The notes beneath the pieces are model-generated. The model saw nothing but the letters and a program-made list of their open reading frames with translations. It was not told the DNA's origin and ran no database searches. Positions 1-8,317 of a stretch of DNA of 15,355 nucleotides are shown here, in pieces. Source of the DNA: Campylobacterota bacterium (GTDB lineage Bacteria; Campylobacterota; Campylobacteria; Campylobacterales; Arcobacteraceae); contig JBNJFB010000053.1 in the NCBI GenBank assembly GCA_051746405.1, positions 1 through 15,355 on the forward strand, written 5' to 3'. Each line of letters starts with the position of its first letter. The stretch's first letter is position 1. A program made the position numbers and the translations under genes.

Positions 1-98
1 AGGAGGACAAAAACTAAAAATATTTACGCTATAATTTTAATCTGCAGGTGGGTCATTTTTATTCAAAAAAGTGGGTCAAATTTCAATCAAAATTTTCA
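1..98. mobile_element. Terminal end of an IS21-family-like insertion sequence (rest of element lies upstream of the window)
   Basis: Two imperfect direct repeats starting GTGGGTCA (48 and 71, 23-bp spacing) and an end at ...AAAATTTTCA (98). The reverse complement TGAAAATTTTGATTGAAATTTGACCCAC fits the IS21-family pattern of a 5'-TG terminus with reiterated AAxTGACCCAC-type binding sites. Kinase-like coding sequence starts abruptly right after 98. No transposase is visible in the window. Confidence 0.75.
48..92 (+). repeat. Tandem imperfect direct repeats (putative transposase-binding sites)
   Basis: GTGGGTCATTTTTATTCAAAA (48-68) and GTGGGTCAAATTTCAATCAAAA (71-92). Confidence 0.8.
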
Positions 99-99
99 T

Positions 100-552
100 C
101 AAGATATCTATTTAGATGAGATTACACTTGAGTCAATAAGTGAACTTAAAACCTACGCCATATCTAAAGATATAACTTTAGTGCCAAATATAGATGATTT
201 ACTACAAATAAAAGGATATAGTTCACTACTAAAAGTTGCATTAAAAAATATTATTAAAAATGCAATAGATTTTAGTAATAGAAACTCTAAAGTAGAAATT
301 AATAACTTTACAAATGGAAATAATTATATTATAAGTGTAAGAGATAATGGCATAGGTATTTCTAAAGATGAAATCCATAAAATATTTGAAGAGTTTTATA
401 GAACCGATAAAAGTAGAAATAAAAACTCAGGTGGTACTGGACTTGGTATGGCTATATCTAAAAAGATAATTAAGCTACATAATGGAAGTTTAGATATTCA
501 AAGTCAAGAGAACAAAGGTACAAATATTAAAATAGTATTTAAAAAGGATTAA
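100..552 (+). pseudogene. 3' remnant of a sensor histidine kinase (HATPase_c domain), interrupted by the IS
   Basis: Frame reads QDIYLDEITLESISELKTYAISKDITLVPN... from 100, then N box (LKNIIKNAIDF), G1 (VRDNGIGI), F box (IFEEFYR) and G2 (GGTGLGMAI). No H-box/HisKA region is present and there is no RBS before the GTG at 181. Confidence 0.8.
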
Positions 553-556
553 TAAG

Positions 557-2134
557 ATGAATGTTAAAAAAGCTGTAAAAATAAGTTTTATATTTATAAT
601 ATTACTGATATTTGGAATATTTCTAATTAATAGTTTGATTTTATATCAAATTAAAGAGAATAATCAAACTAAAAAGAGTGTTGATAGATTAGTAAAAATG
701 CAAGATAATATGAATACTTTAGTTAAAGAACTTTTAACAAGTACAAAAAAGAAGCAGCTAGAAAATATTGCAAATAACTTTATTAATTTTGAAAAAAGTT
801 TTGAAAAGGAGCTTGATAAGCTTCTTCAAATAGAGAAGAAGGATTTAGTAGATTATCTAATAAAAGATATACATGAGTATGAACAAGTAAAGAAGAACTT
901 AAATTTAATATCAAAAAGTGAAAAAGAGATTGAAGAGTTATTTGAAAATATCTTTTACATTCAATCAAAAAAAATAGAATTAAAAGAGAAATTTGATTTA
1001 ATATATCCAAAAGAGAATAGACTTAGAAATATAATTGAGACTATTATATTAAAAACTAAAGATTTAGATATAGTTCGTGATTATGGTGATATGCAATACT
1101 ATAGTAAAGAAGCACTTTTCCAACATAAAAATAGTGAGTATCTTAATAAATGGCTTAATCATATTGATTTAATACAAAAAGAGTTTAAAAATAAAGAGGT
1201 TTTCAATAGATATAGAAATACCTCTAAAAAGATAGGTACTTATGCAATTGATATAAAAAAGTATGAGATAAAAGAGTTAGAGCTTCAAAATGATATTTAT
1301 GAAATTGTAAATAAGAATAAAGATATTAGCATAAAAATACAAAAAGATATAGATAGATTATCTCAAAATTTTATTGATGATTTCTATTTTGCAGTTATTT
1401 TAATTCTTATTTTTACAGTTTTATTTATTTTATATCTATCATACAAAGTAAATAAAAATGTAGGTTTAAGCTTTGACCAAGTTCAAAAACAAGTTGACAA
1501 GGGACTTAAAAAGATAAAAAACTTAAATAAAGAGATTGAGAATACACAAAAAGAGGTTGTTTTTACTATGGGTTCTATTGGTGAGAGTAGAAGTAAAGAG
1601 ACAGGAAACCATGTAAAAAGAGTTGCAGAGTATTCAAAAGTTTTAGCACAACACTATGGGTTACCAAAAAAAGAGGTTGAACTTTTAAAACAAGCTAGTC
1701 CTATGCACGACATAGGAAAAGTTGCTATTGCTGATTCGATTCTTAACAAACCAGGAAGATTCAACGAAGAAGAAAGAGAAATTATGAATACACATGCCCA
1801 ACTTGGATATGATATGCTAAAACACTCAAATAGACCACTTCTAAAAGCAGCAGCAATAGTGTCATATGAGCATCATGAAAAATGGGATGGAACAGGCTAT
1901 CCAAACAAACTAAAAGGTGAAGATATACATATTTATGGAAGGATAACTGCACTTGCAGATGTTTTTGATGCACTAGGAAGTGATAGATGCTATAAAAAAG
2001 CTTGGGAAGATGAGCGAATATTTAATCTTTTTAAAGAAGAAAAAGGCAAGCATTTTGACCCAAAACTAGTAGATATATTTTTTGAAAACTTAGATAAGTT
2101 TTTAGAAATTAGAGAGAAATTTAAAGATAGTTAA
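557..2134 (+). CDS. Membrane-anchored HD-GYP domain protein (putative c-di-GMP phosphodiesterase) with a helical extracytoplasmic sensor domain
   Basis: Two hydrophobic segments (approx. aa 9-31 and 277-296) flank a helical region. Motifs ETGNHVKRV, MHDIGK, HHEKWDGTGYP, ADVFDAL and HFDP. AAGGA RBS at 544-548. Confidence 0.92.
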   Translation: MNVKKAVKISFIFIILLIFGIFLINSLILYQIKENNQTKKSVDRLVKMQDNMNTLVKELLTSTKKKQLENIANNFINFEKSFEKELDKLLQIEKKDLVDYLIKDIHEYEQVKKNLNLISKSEKEIEELFENIFYIQSKKIELKEKFDLIYPKENRLRNIIETIILKTKDLDIVRDYGDMQYYSKEALFQHKNSEYLNKWLNHIDLIQKEFKNKEVFNRYRNTSKKIGTYAIDIKKYEIKELELQNDIYEIVNKNKDISIKIQKDIDRLSQNFIDDFYFAVILILIFTVLFILYLSYKVNKNVGLSFDQVQKQVDKGLKKIKNLNKEIENTQKEVVFTMGSIGESRSKETGNHVKRVAEYSKVLAQHYGLPKKEVELLKQASPMHDIGKVAIADSILNKPGRFNEEEREIMNTHAQLGYDMLKHSNRPLLKAAAIVSYEHHEKWDGTGYPNKLKGEDIHIYGRITALADVFDALGSDRCYKKAWEDERIFNLFKEEKGKHFDPKLVDIFFENLDKFLEIREKFKDS

Positions 2135-2154
2135 TATCTTTTATTACAATAAGT

Positions 2155-2186
2155 AACTTTCGATATAACCATCTGAAAGTTTTTTT
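2155..2186 (+). terminator. Rho-independent terminator after the HD-GYP gene
   Basis: Stem AACTTTC-GAT (2155-2164) pairs with ATC-t-GAAAGTT (2171-2181) around the loop ATAACC and runs into a T tract to 2186. Confidence 0.65.
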
Positions 2187-2226
2187 ATAGGTATAAACCC
2201 ACATTAATAAAAGTAAAGAGATTTAA

Positions 2227-3846
2227 ATGATAAAAAATAATATTTTTTCAGGTATTACAGTTGGTATCATTGCCCTTCCTTTATCAATGGCTTTGGCAAT
2301 TGCAATTGGTGTTGCACCTCAATATGGTATATATACAGCAATTGTAGGTGGTATTGTAGCTTCAATTTTTGGAAGCAGTAGGGTTAATATAACAGGACCA
2401 ACAGCTGCTTTTGTTGTTATTTTAATTCCCATTGTACAAAAATTTGGATTTTCTGGACTTTTGATTTGTGGATTTTTATCTGGTGTTATTTTAGTTTTGA
2501 TGGGTGTTTTTAGACTTGGTAAATTAATAGAGTTAATACCCTACCCTGTTACAATTGGCTTTACTACGGGAATTGCTGTAGTAATAGCAACCTTTCAAAT
2601 AAAAGACTTTTTTGGATTACAAATAGAGAATTTCTCAGGTCATTTTCATAATAAAGTATATTTAATAGCTCAATCTTTTAGTACAATTAGTTTAAGTGAG
2701 ACATTTGTGGCAGCTTTTACTCTACTATTTCTTATTTTGTGGACCAAAACAAAAAGTAAGATTCCAGGTGCTTTAGTGGCACTTAGTGTTATTACTATAT
2801 GGGTATTTATCTTAAATAAATATTTTGGTTATGATATCTCTACTATAAACTCAACTTTTTCATATGAATCAAATGGTGAGACTTTTTGGGGAATACCACC
2901 TGTTGGTTTAAACTTTTATAACCCATTAAATCATATAGATTTTGATCTGTTTAATCTAGAGACTTTGTATATTCTTTTACCACACAGTATTGCTATAGCT
3001 ATCTTAGGTGCTTTAGAGTCACTTTTATGTTCAGTTATAACTGATGGCATGACAAAAAATAAAACCAATCCAAATAAAGAGTTAATAGGTCAAGGATTAG
3101 CAAATATGAGTGTTCCTTTCTTTGCAGGTATTCCTGCAACAGCAGCAATTGCTAGAAGTGCTGCTAATATAAAAGCAGGAGCTACAAGTAAACTATCTGC
3201 AGTTATACACTCTACTTTTCTTTTTTTAAGTATTATATTACTTGCACCATATTTATCATATTTACCAATGGCTGCATTAGCTGCATTATTATTAATAGTT
3301 GCATGGAATATGTCTGAGGTAAAACACTTTGTAAATATTATTAAAATAGCTCCAAAAAATGATATTTATGTTTTACTTACTTGTTTTTTACTTACAGTAT
3401 TTTTAGATATGCAAGTTGCTGTTGGAGTTGGGATAGCACTTGCAGCTATACTTTTTATAAAAAGAACTATTGATTTATATAAAGTTGAACTTATAAATAA
3501 TAATCATAAATCAATAAATAGCAAAGTTCCTAAAAATGTAGCTATATACAATATAGACGGTCCAATGTTTTTTGGTATAACCCAGTCAGCTTTAAGAGTG
3601 ATTTTACAAAATGATAAATCAACAAATACAATTATAATAAATATGGAAAATGTACCAATGATTGATATGACAGGTATTGTAGCTTTTAAAGCTATTTTAG
3701 AAGATTTACTTGATTCTAATAAAGTAGTTATTATAAGTGGAATGAATAAAAGAGTTCAAAATAAACTAAATAAAGCAAATATACTATCAAATAAAAATAT
3801 TAAAAAGTATGATGATATAAATGAAGCACTTACCATATTAAACTAA
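2227..3846 (+). CDS. dauA: SulP/SLC26-family anion transporter with C-terminal STAS domain (DauA/YchM-like)
   Basis: GITVGIIALPLSMALAIAIGVAPQYGIYTA, GPTAAF, ALESLL and ELIGQGLAN..ATAAIARSAAN motifs; many TM segments; STAS motifs DGPMFFG and VPMIDMTG. The substrate cannot be determined from the sequence. Confidence 0.88.
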   Translation: MIKNNIFSGITVGIIALPLSMALAIAIGVAPQYGIYTAIVGGIVASIFGSSRVNITGPTAAFVVILIPIVQKFGFSGLLICGFLSGVILVLMGVFRLGKLIELIPYPVTIGFTTGIAVVIATFQIKDFFGLQIENFSGHFHNKVYLIAQSFSTISLSETFVAAFTLLFLILWTKTKSKIPGALVALSVITIWVFILNKYFGYDISTINSTFSYESNGETFWGIPPVGLNFYNPLNHIDFDLFNLETLYILLPHSIAIAILGALESLLCSVITDGMTKNKTNPNKELIGQGLANMSVPFFAGIPATAAIARSAANIKAGATSKLSAVIHSTFLFLSIILLAPYLSYLPMAALAALLLIVAWNMSEVKHFVNIIKIAPKNDIYVLLTCFLLTVFLDMQVAVGVGIALAAILFIKRTIDLYKVELINNNHKSINSKVPKNVAIYNIDGPMFFGITQSALRVILQNDKSTNTIIINMENVPMIDMTGIVAFKAILEDLLDSNKVVIISGMNKRVQNKLNKANILSNKNIKKYDDINEALTILN

Positions 3847-3847
3847 T

Positions 3848-3911
3848 TGTCAAGAAAATGTAAAGAGACCTAACATAAAAAATTGAAACTTTTCCTTTAT
3901 ACTTCTATTAT
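3848..3911 (+). promoter_or_regulatory. Putative promoter of the cytochrome operon with an upstream 11-bp direct repeat
   Basis: TGTCAAGAAAA/TGTAAAGAGAC (3848-3869); TTGAAA (3883-3888)-17 bp-TATTAT (3906-3911); AGGAG RBS at 3925-3929. Confidence 0.4.
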
Positions 3912-3935
3912 AAAATTTATTAGTAGGAGTTAAAC

Positions 3936-4337
3936 ATGAGAGTTTTAATTTTATTTTCACTTATTATCTCATTTTCACTTGGAAATGATTTTCAAGATTA
4001 TATGAGTGGATTAGAACAAGAAGTAAAAAAAGACAAACCTGGATTTAAAGGTTTTGATTATAAAAGAGGTGAAAAGATATTTACCTCAAAACATATAGGT
4101 AAAAAAGGTAAAGAAGTATCTTGTACATCTTGTCATGGGATTGATTTAACAAAAGAGCATAAAAACTTATTTACAGGAAAAGTTATAAAACCACTTTCAC
4201 CAAAAGCAAATCCAAAAAGGTTAACTAATGTTAAAGATGTTAGAAAATGGCTCAGAAGAAATTTCAAAGATGTTTATAATAGAGTTGGAACACCGCAAGA
4301 AAAAGGTGATGTTTTAACTTATATTATGAATAAATAA
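3936..4337 (+). CDS. Monoheme cytochrome c, SHP (sphaeroides heme protein)/DUF1924-like
   Basis: Signal peptide, a single CTSCH heme motif, TGKVIKPLSPKANPKR and KWLRRN...TPQEKGDVL segments typical of the SHP family, and adjacency to DHC and cytochrome b genes. Confidence 0.88.
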   Translation: MRVLILFSLIISFSLGNDFQDYMSGLEQEVKKDKPGFKGFDYKRGEKIFTSKHIGKKGKEVSCTSCHGIDLTKEHKNLFTGKVIKPLSPKANPKRLTNVKDVRKWLRRNFKDVYNRVGTPQEKGDVLTYIMNK

Positions 4338-4350
4338 AAGGAGCCTTATT

Positions 4351-4875
4351 ATGAGATATATATTATTAATAGTATTAATTTTTAATTTTGCATATAGTGA
4401 TGATGATTACTATTATGGAAATAATAAAAAAGGTGTAAAACCAGTTGAAAACAAGCTTTATATAAATGAGTGTTCAGCTTGTCATTTTGCATATCAACCT
4501 GGATTATTAACGCAAAAATCATGGGTTAAGCTTATGAATAATTTACAAAATCACTTTGGTGTAGATGCTTCACTATTAAAAGAGGATTTAGCAACTTTAA
4601 CCACTTATTTAAAAAATAATAGTGCTGAAAAAAATATGAACTATAAAAGAAGTAGAAAACTTGCTAATAGTATAAATAGATTAAATGCGTATCCAATAGC
4701 AATTACAAAAGTTCCATACTTTATAAAAGAGCATGATGAGATTCCAAGTAGATTTATTAAACAAAAAGAGGTAAAAGGTCTATTTAACTGTACAGCTTGT
4801 CATACTACTGCTAAAAAAGGTATCTATAGTGAAAGGGATATTATTATTCCAAACTATGGAAGATGGGATGATTAG
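4351..4875 (+). CDS. Diheme cytochrome c (DHC), soluble periplasmic
   Basis: Signal peptide; ECSACHFAYQPGLL..SW..LM..L.NHFG and NCTACH heme motifs; AAGGAG RBS. Confidence 0.92.
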   Translation: MRYILLIVLIFNFAYSDDDYYYGNNKKGVKPVENKLYINECSACHFAYQPGLLTQKSWVKLMNNLQNHFGVDASLLKEDLATLTTYLKNNSAEKNMNYKRSRKLANSINRLNAYPIAITKVPYFIKEHDEIPSRFIKQKEVKGLFNCTACHTTAKKGIYSERDIIIPNYGRWDD

Positions 4876-4883
4876 GAGTTTTT

Positions 4884-5996
4884 ATGAAATCATATATATG
4901 GACTTTACCTACTAGAGTTTTTCACTGGCTTTTAGCTTTATTTGTACTATTAGCTTTTTTAACTGAAGATGATGATTTGATAACATATCATGCTATTATT
5001 GGTTATGCTATTTTAATACTTCTTATTTTTAGAGTTGTATGGGTAGTTTTTGGTCCTAAATACTCAAAGTTCAAAGATTTTGCACTTAGTACTAAAAAAA
5101 GTAAGGAGTACCTAAAAAATATACTTAGTACAAAACAAAAATATGTGGGGCATAATCCTTTAGCTTCAAATGTTATGATTGCCTTATTAGTAGTACTATT
5201 TCTTACTATAATTTCAGGGGTTTTAACTTTTGGTATACAAGAGGGTAAGGGAGTATTATCTTTTTTAAATAGCTCATCTTATAAAGAGATGGAGCTTTTT
5301 GAGCAGTTACATGAAATACTTGCAAACTTAGTAGTAGCCTTGATAGTTTTACACTTACTGGGCGTATTTGTTGATAAAGTTTTAAAACCAAAACATAAAA
5401 CCTTAGACTCTATATTTACAGGTTATAAAAATACAAATAAGAATGAAAGTGTGAGCTTAAATATATTTCAAAAGCTAATTGCCCTACTTTTCTTTGTGGG
5501 TTTAATCTACTTTTTTATTTTTAGTTTAATTGATGATAAAAATATATTTTTATCATCAAAGTTTGAAGCAATAGATTACAAACAAGAAAATGCACTTTTT
5601 GTAAAAGAGTGTTCCTCTTGTCATATACTTTACCCTCCACATTTACTACCTAAAAAATCATGGAAAACATTAATGTCAAATTTAGATAATCATTTTGGAG
5701 ATGATGCGTGGATAGTACCTGAAGATAATAGAAATATACTAAACTACTTATTAAATAATAGTGCACAAAATAGTACAAGAAAAGAGAGTTATAAGATTTT
5801 GAATTCTATTGGCAATAAAGATATAATAGCAATAACAAAAACAACTTATTGGAAGAAAGAGCATAAAAAAATTCCAAAAGAAGTTTTTAAACATAAAAAT
5901 GTAAAAAGCAAAGCAAACTGTAAAGCTTGCCATAGTGATATAGAAAAAGGTTTAATAAAAAATGAAAATATTAAAGATATTGATACTTTTATTTAG
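4884..5996 (+). CDS. Cytochrome b (Ni-hydrogenase cytochrome b-like) fused to a C-terminal diheme cytochrome c domain
   Basis: WTLPTRVFHW, YHAIIG, GHNPL, LHEILAN and LHLLGV heme b helices, then an extra TM segment and the ECSSCH and NCKACH motifs; AGGAG RBS. Confidence 0.92.
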   Translation: MKSYIWTLPTRVFHWLLALFVLLAFLTEDDDLITYHAIIGYAILILLIFRVVWVVFGPKYSKFKDFALSTKKSKEYLKNILSTKQKYVGHNPLASNVMIALLVVLFLTIISGVLTFGIQEGKGVLSFLNSSSYKEMELFEQLHEILANLVVALIVLHLLGVFVDKVLKPKHKTLDSIFTGYKNTNKNESVSLNIFQKLIALLFFVGLIYFFIFSLIDDKNIFLSSKFEAIDYKQENALFVKECSSCHILYPPHLLPKKSWKTLMSNLDNHFGDDAWIVPEDNRNILNYLLNNSAQNSTRKESYKILNSIGNKDIIAITKTTYWKKEHKKIPKEVFKHKNVKSKANCKACHSDIEKGLIKNENIKDIDTFI

Positions 5997-6387
5997 TATC
6001 ACATTTAGTAATCTACTACTTGCAGATGATGATTATGATTATGATAAATATGATGAGCATAAATATAATAAAAAACACCATATTTATAAAAATCTGGATT
6101 ATTTAAATCTAAATAATCAACAAATTAAGAAACTTAAAAAAGTTTTAATTAAGTATCAAAAAGAGTATAGAGAGTTTTACAAAAAAAATAAAAAAGAAGA
6201 GAAGAAGTTAAAGGAGTTAATAGTAAGTAGTCATTTTGATAAAGATGAGTATGAAGAGAGTTTAGAAGAGATTTATGAAGAAAAAATAGAGCTTGAAACT
6301 GATTTTATAGAGAGTATTCACTCCATTTTGACTCCAAAACAAAGGGAAAGATTCTCTTTACATTTTAAGGAGTGGAGAGTTGAATAA
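5962..6387 (+). CDS. Periplasmic Spy/CpxP/ZraP-like protein
   Basis: Signal peptide, LNLNNQQ and ILTPKQR (LTxxQ-type) motifs, highly charged helical body, located directly upstream of a two-component system. Confidence 0.8.
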   Translation: MKILKILILLFSITFSNLLLADDDYDYDKYDEHKYNKKHHIYKNLDYLNLNNQQIKKLKKVLIKYQKEYREFYKKNKKEEKKLKELIVSSHFDKDEYEESLEEIYEEKIELETDFIESIHSILTPKQRERFSLHFKEWRVE

Positions 6388-7054
6388 AAAAGTTTTATTA
6401 ATTGAAGATGATTTACAAATGCAAGAGTTTATAAAGCAGTACTTAAAAGAGTATGAGTTTGAATGTACCTGCTTTAGTAACCCAAAAGAAGTCTTAAATG
6501 AATACAAAAAAAATCAAAACTACTCTATTATTGTATTAGACTTAATGTTGCCTAATATGGATGGTTTTGATCTATTAAAAAAACTTAAAGAAATCCATGA
6601 TATACCTGTAATAATATCCTCAGCAAGAGGAGATATAGGAAATAAAATCCATGGATTTGAACTTGGAGTTGATGACTATTTAGCTAAACCATATGAACCA
6701 AGAGAGTTAGTTTTAAGAATTGAAAATATATTAAAAAAATTTAGTAAATCAAAAATCAAAATTTCTGATTTTACTATTGATAGAGAAAACAAAGAGATAC
6801 TAATAGATAACTATCCAATAGAGTTTACAAAAATTGAGTTTGAGATATTTATTTTTTTAATTGAAAACATAAATAAAATATCTTCAAGGGAACAGATACT
6901 AAATGCCACTTCCTTAGATGAAAATACAAAAAATAGAACTATAGATATGCATATTTCTAATATAAGACATAAAATCGGTGATGATACAAAACACCCTATT
7001 TATATCAAGTCTGTTTGGGGCGTTGGTTATAAATTTATTAATAAGTTAAGTTAA
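6380..7054 (+). CDS. OmpR/PhoB-family response regulator
   Basis: LIEDD, LDLMLP (phospho-acceptor Asp), SAR and DDYLAKP receiver motifs; winged helix with RTIDMHISNIRHK and SVWGVGYKF. TTG start with AAGGAG RBS at 6367-6372. Confidence 0.95.
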   Translation: MNKKVLLIEDDLQMQEFIKQYLKEYEFECTCFSNPKEVLNEYKKNQNYSIIVLDLMLPNMDGFDLLKKLKEIHDIPVIISSARGDIGNKIHGFELGVDDYLAKPYEPRELVLRIENILKKFSKSKIKISDFTIDRENKEILIDNYPIEFTKIEFEIFIFLIENINKISSREQILNATSLDENTKNRTIDMHISNIRHKIGDDTKHPIYIKSVWGVGYKFINKLS

Positions 7055-7056
7055 AA

Positions 7057-8247
7057 ATGAGTATAACAAAAAAAATAGCAACTCTTTTTTTAGTAAGCTT
7101 AACTCTTATGACTATTATTGGTTTATGGATTGACAATATAAATACTCAAAGAATAAATAATCTAGTAAAAGATAAGTATTTGGATATCACTAATAAAATA
7201 CTACAAAATATAAACAATAAAGATTCAATAAACGAGCTTTTAAATACTTATAGTTTAGAGATAGTTAAACAGAAAAATCAAACAAAAGGTGAAACTTTAT
7301 ACTATAAAAAATATACTTTTGGTTTTGTGCATATATTTCAAGAAAAGTTTGAAGATGAGTTTATTTTACATGTAAAATATTTAAATAATGAGTATATGCT
7401 AAAAACAGATGATGAGCAAAACTTAAATGATAGAAGGGTATTAAATATCTTAATCTTTTTAGATATATTTTTATTAGTAGCTACTTTTCTATATATCATA
7501 AAATTAATTTATCCTTTAAAGAAAATTACAGATAATATAAATAGCTTTGCAAAGGGCAAATATAGTACAAGAGTAAAAATATATTCAAATGATGAGGTGG
7601 GCACTCTTGCTAAAACTTTTAATAAAATGGCTTATGAGATTCAAGAGTCTATAAAAACAAGAGAGAATTTACTAAGGGATATAGGACATGAACTTAGAAC
7701 ACCTATAGCAAAAGGTAATTTTGCCATAGAAAAAATTAATAATCTAGAGCAAAAAAAGCTTTTAAAGAAAATATTTAAAGACTTAGAAGTTTTAACAAAT
7801 GAGTTAATACAGTTAGAAAAATTAAATCAAACAAAGCTAAAAATAACTTCATTTGATAGTGAAACACTTATATTAGAGTCCTTAGATAAGCTCTATTTAG
7901 AAGATGAATCTAAAATAGATTTAAGAATCAACACTAACTTTACTATAAATGGTGATTTATATTATCTTTCAATAGCACTTAAAAACCTTATTGATAATGC
8001 ACTTAAATACTCTACTACTCTTCCTATAATAATAGATATTAAAGAAAATAGAGTTTTTATTAAAAATAAAGGCGATAAACTAAATGAAGGTTTAGACTAT
8101 TATATAAGACCATTTACACAAGAGTTACCACAAAGAGACGGATTTGGCTTGGGTTTAAGTATAGTTATAAAAATATTAAAAAAACATAACTTTGAACTTA
8201 AATATAAATACGATGGAGGGTATAATATCTTTATTGTAAATCTATAA
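7057..8247 (+). CDS. Sensor histidine kinase with HAMP domain (ArsS/RacS-like)
   Basis: Two TM segments, HAMP (PLKKI...DEVGTLAKTFNKM), H box GHELRTPI, N box LKNLIDNALKY, degenerate G1 (IKNKG) and G2 DGFGLGLSIV. Confidence 0.93.
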   Translation: MSITKKIATLFLVSLTLMTIIGLWIDNINTQRINNLVKDKYLDITNKILQNINNKDSINELLNTYSLEIVKQKNQTKGETLYYKKYTFGFVHIFQEKFEDEFILHVKYLNNEYMLKTDDEQNLNDRRVLNILIFLDIFLLVATFLYIIKLIYPLKKITDNINSFAKGKYSTRVKIYSNDEVGTLAKTFNKMAYEIQESIKTRENLLRDIGHELRTPIAKGNFAIEKINNLEQKKLLKKIFKDLEVLTNELIQLEKLNQTKLKITSFDSETLILESLDKLYLEDESKIDLRINTNFTINGDLYYLSIALKNLIDNALKYSTTLPIIIDIKENRVFIKNKGDKLNEGLDYYIRPFTQELPQRDGFGLGLSIVIKILKKHNFELKYKYDGGYNIFIVNL

Positions 8248-8287
8248 AACATCTTACTATAATAATAGCTTACAAAATGTAATATTT

Positions 8288-8317
8288 TTGAAAAATTTTC
8301 ATTTTTTATTATATAAT
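8288..8317 (+). promoter_or_regulatory. Sigma70 promoter for the radical SAM gene (probably leaderless)
   Basis: TTGAAA (8288-8293)-18 bp-TATAAT (8312-8317); the ATG follows at 8324 with no RBS. Confidence 0.6.

Noticed and set aside
48..92. GTGGGTCA repeats as a CRISPR array
   Set aside because: Only two imperfect copies, essentially no spacer and no cas genes; the pattern fits IS terminal repeats.
181..552. Stand-alone 123-aa gene starting at GTG 181
   Set aside because: No RBS, and kinase-like sequence continues in frame upstream to 100. It is better explained as a truncated kinase remnant.
783..1973. Minus-strand ORFs 783-1010 and 1782-1973
   Set aside because: Short antisense shadows of the HD-GYP gene with no recognisable motifs.
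2135..2226. Riboswitch or sRNA upstream of the SulP gene
   Set aside because: Only a single hairpin with a T tract about 20 bp after the upstream stop and no recognisable aptamer; a plain terminator is the simpler explanation.
5206..5933. Minus-strand ORFs 5206-5391 and 5751-5933 (the latter Cys/Phe-rich)
   Set aside because: Antisense to the cytochrome b-DHC gene; the composition is the expected mirror of A-rich codons.
5962..5996. 35-bp overlap between the cytochrome b-DHC and Spy-like genes as a frameshift
   Set aside because: Both products look complete (second CxxCH present; clean signal peptide), so it is an ordinary overlap.
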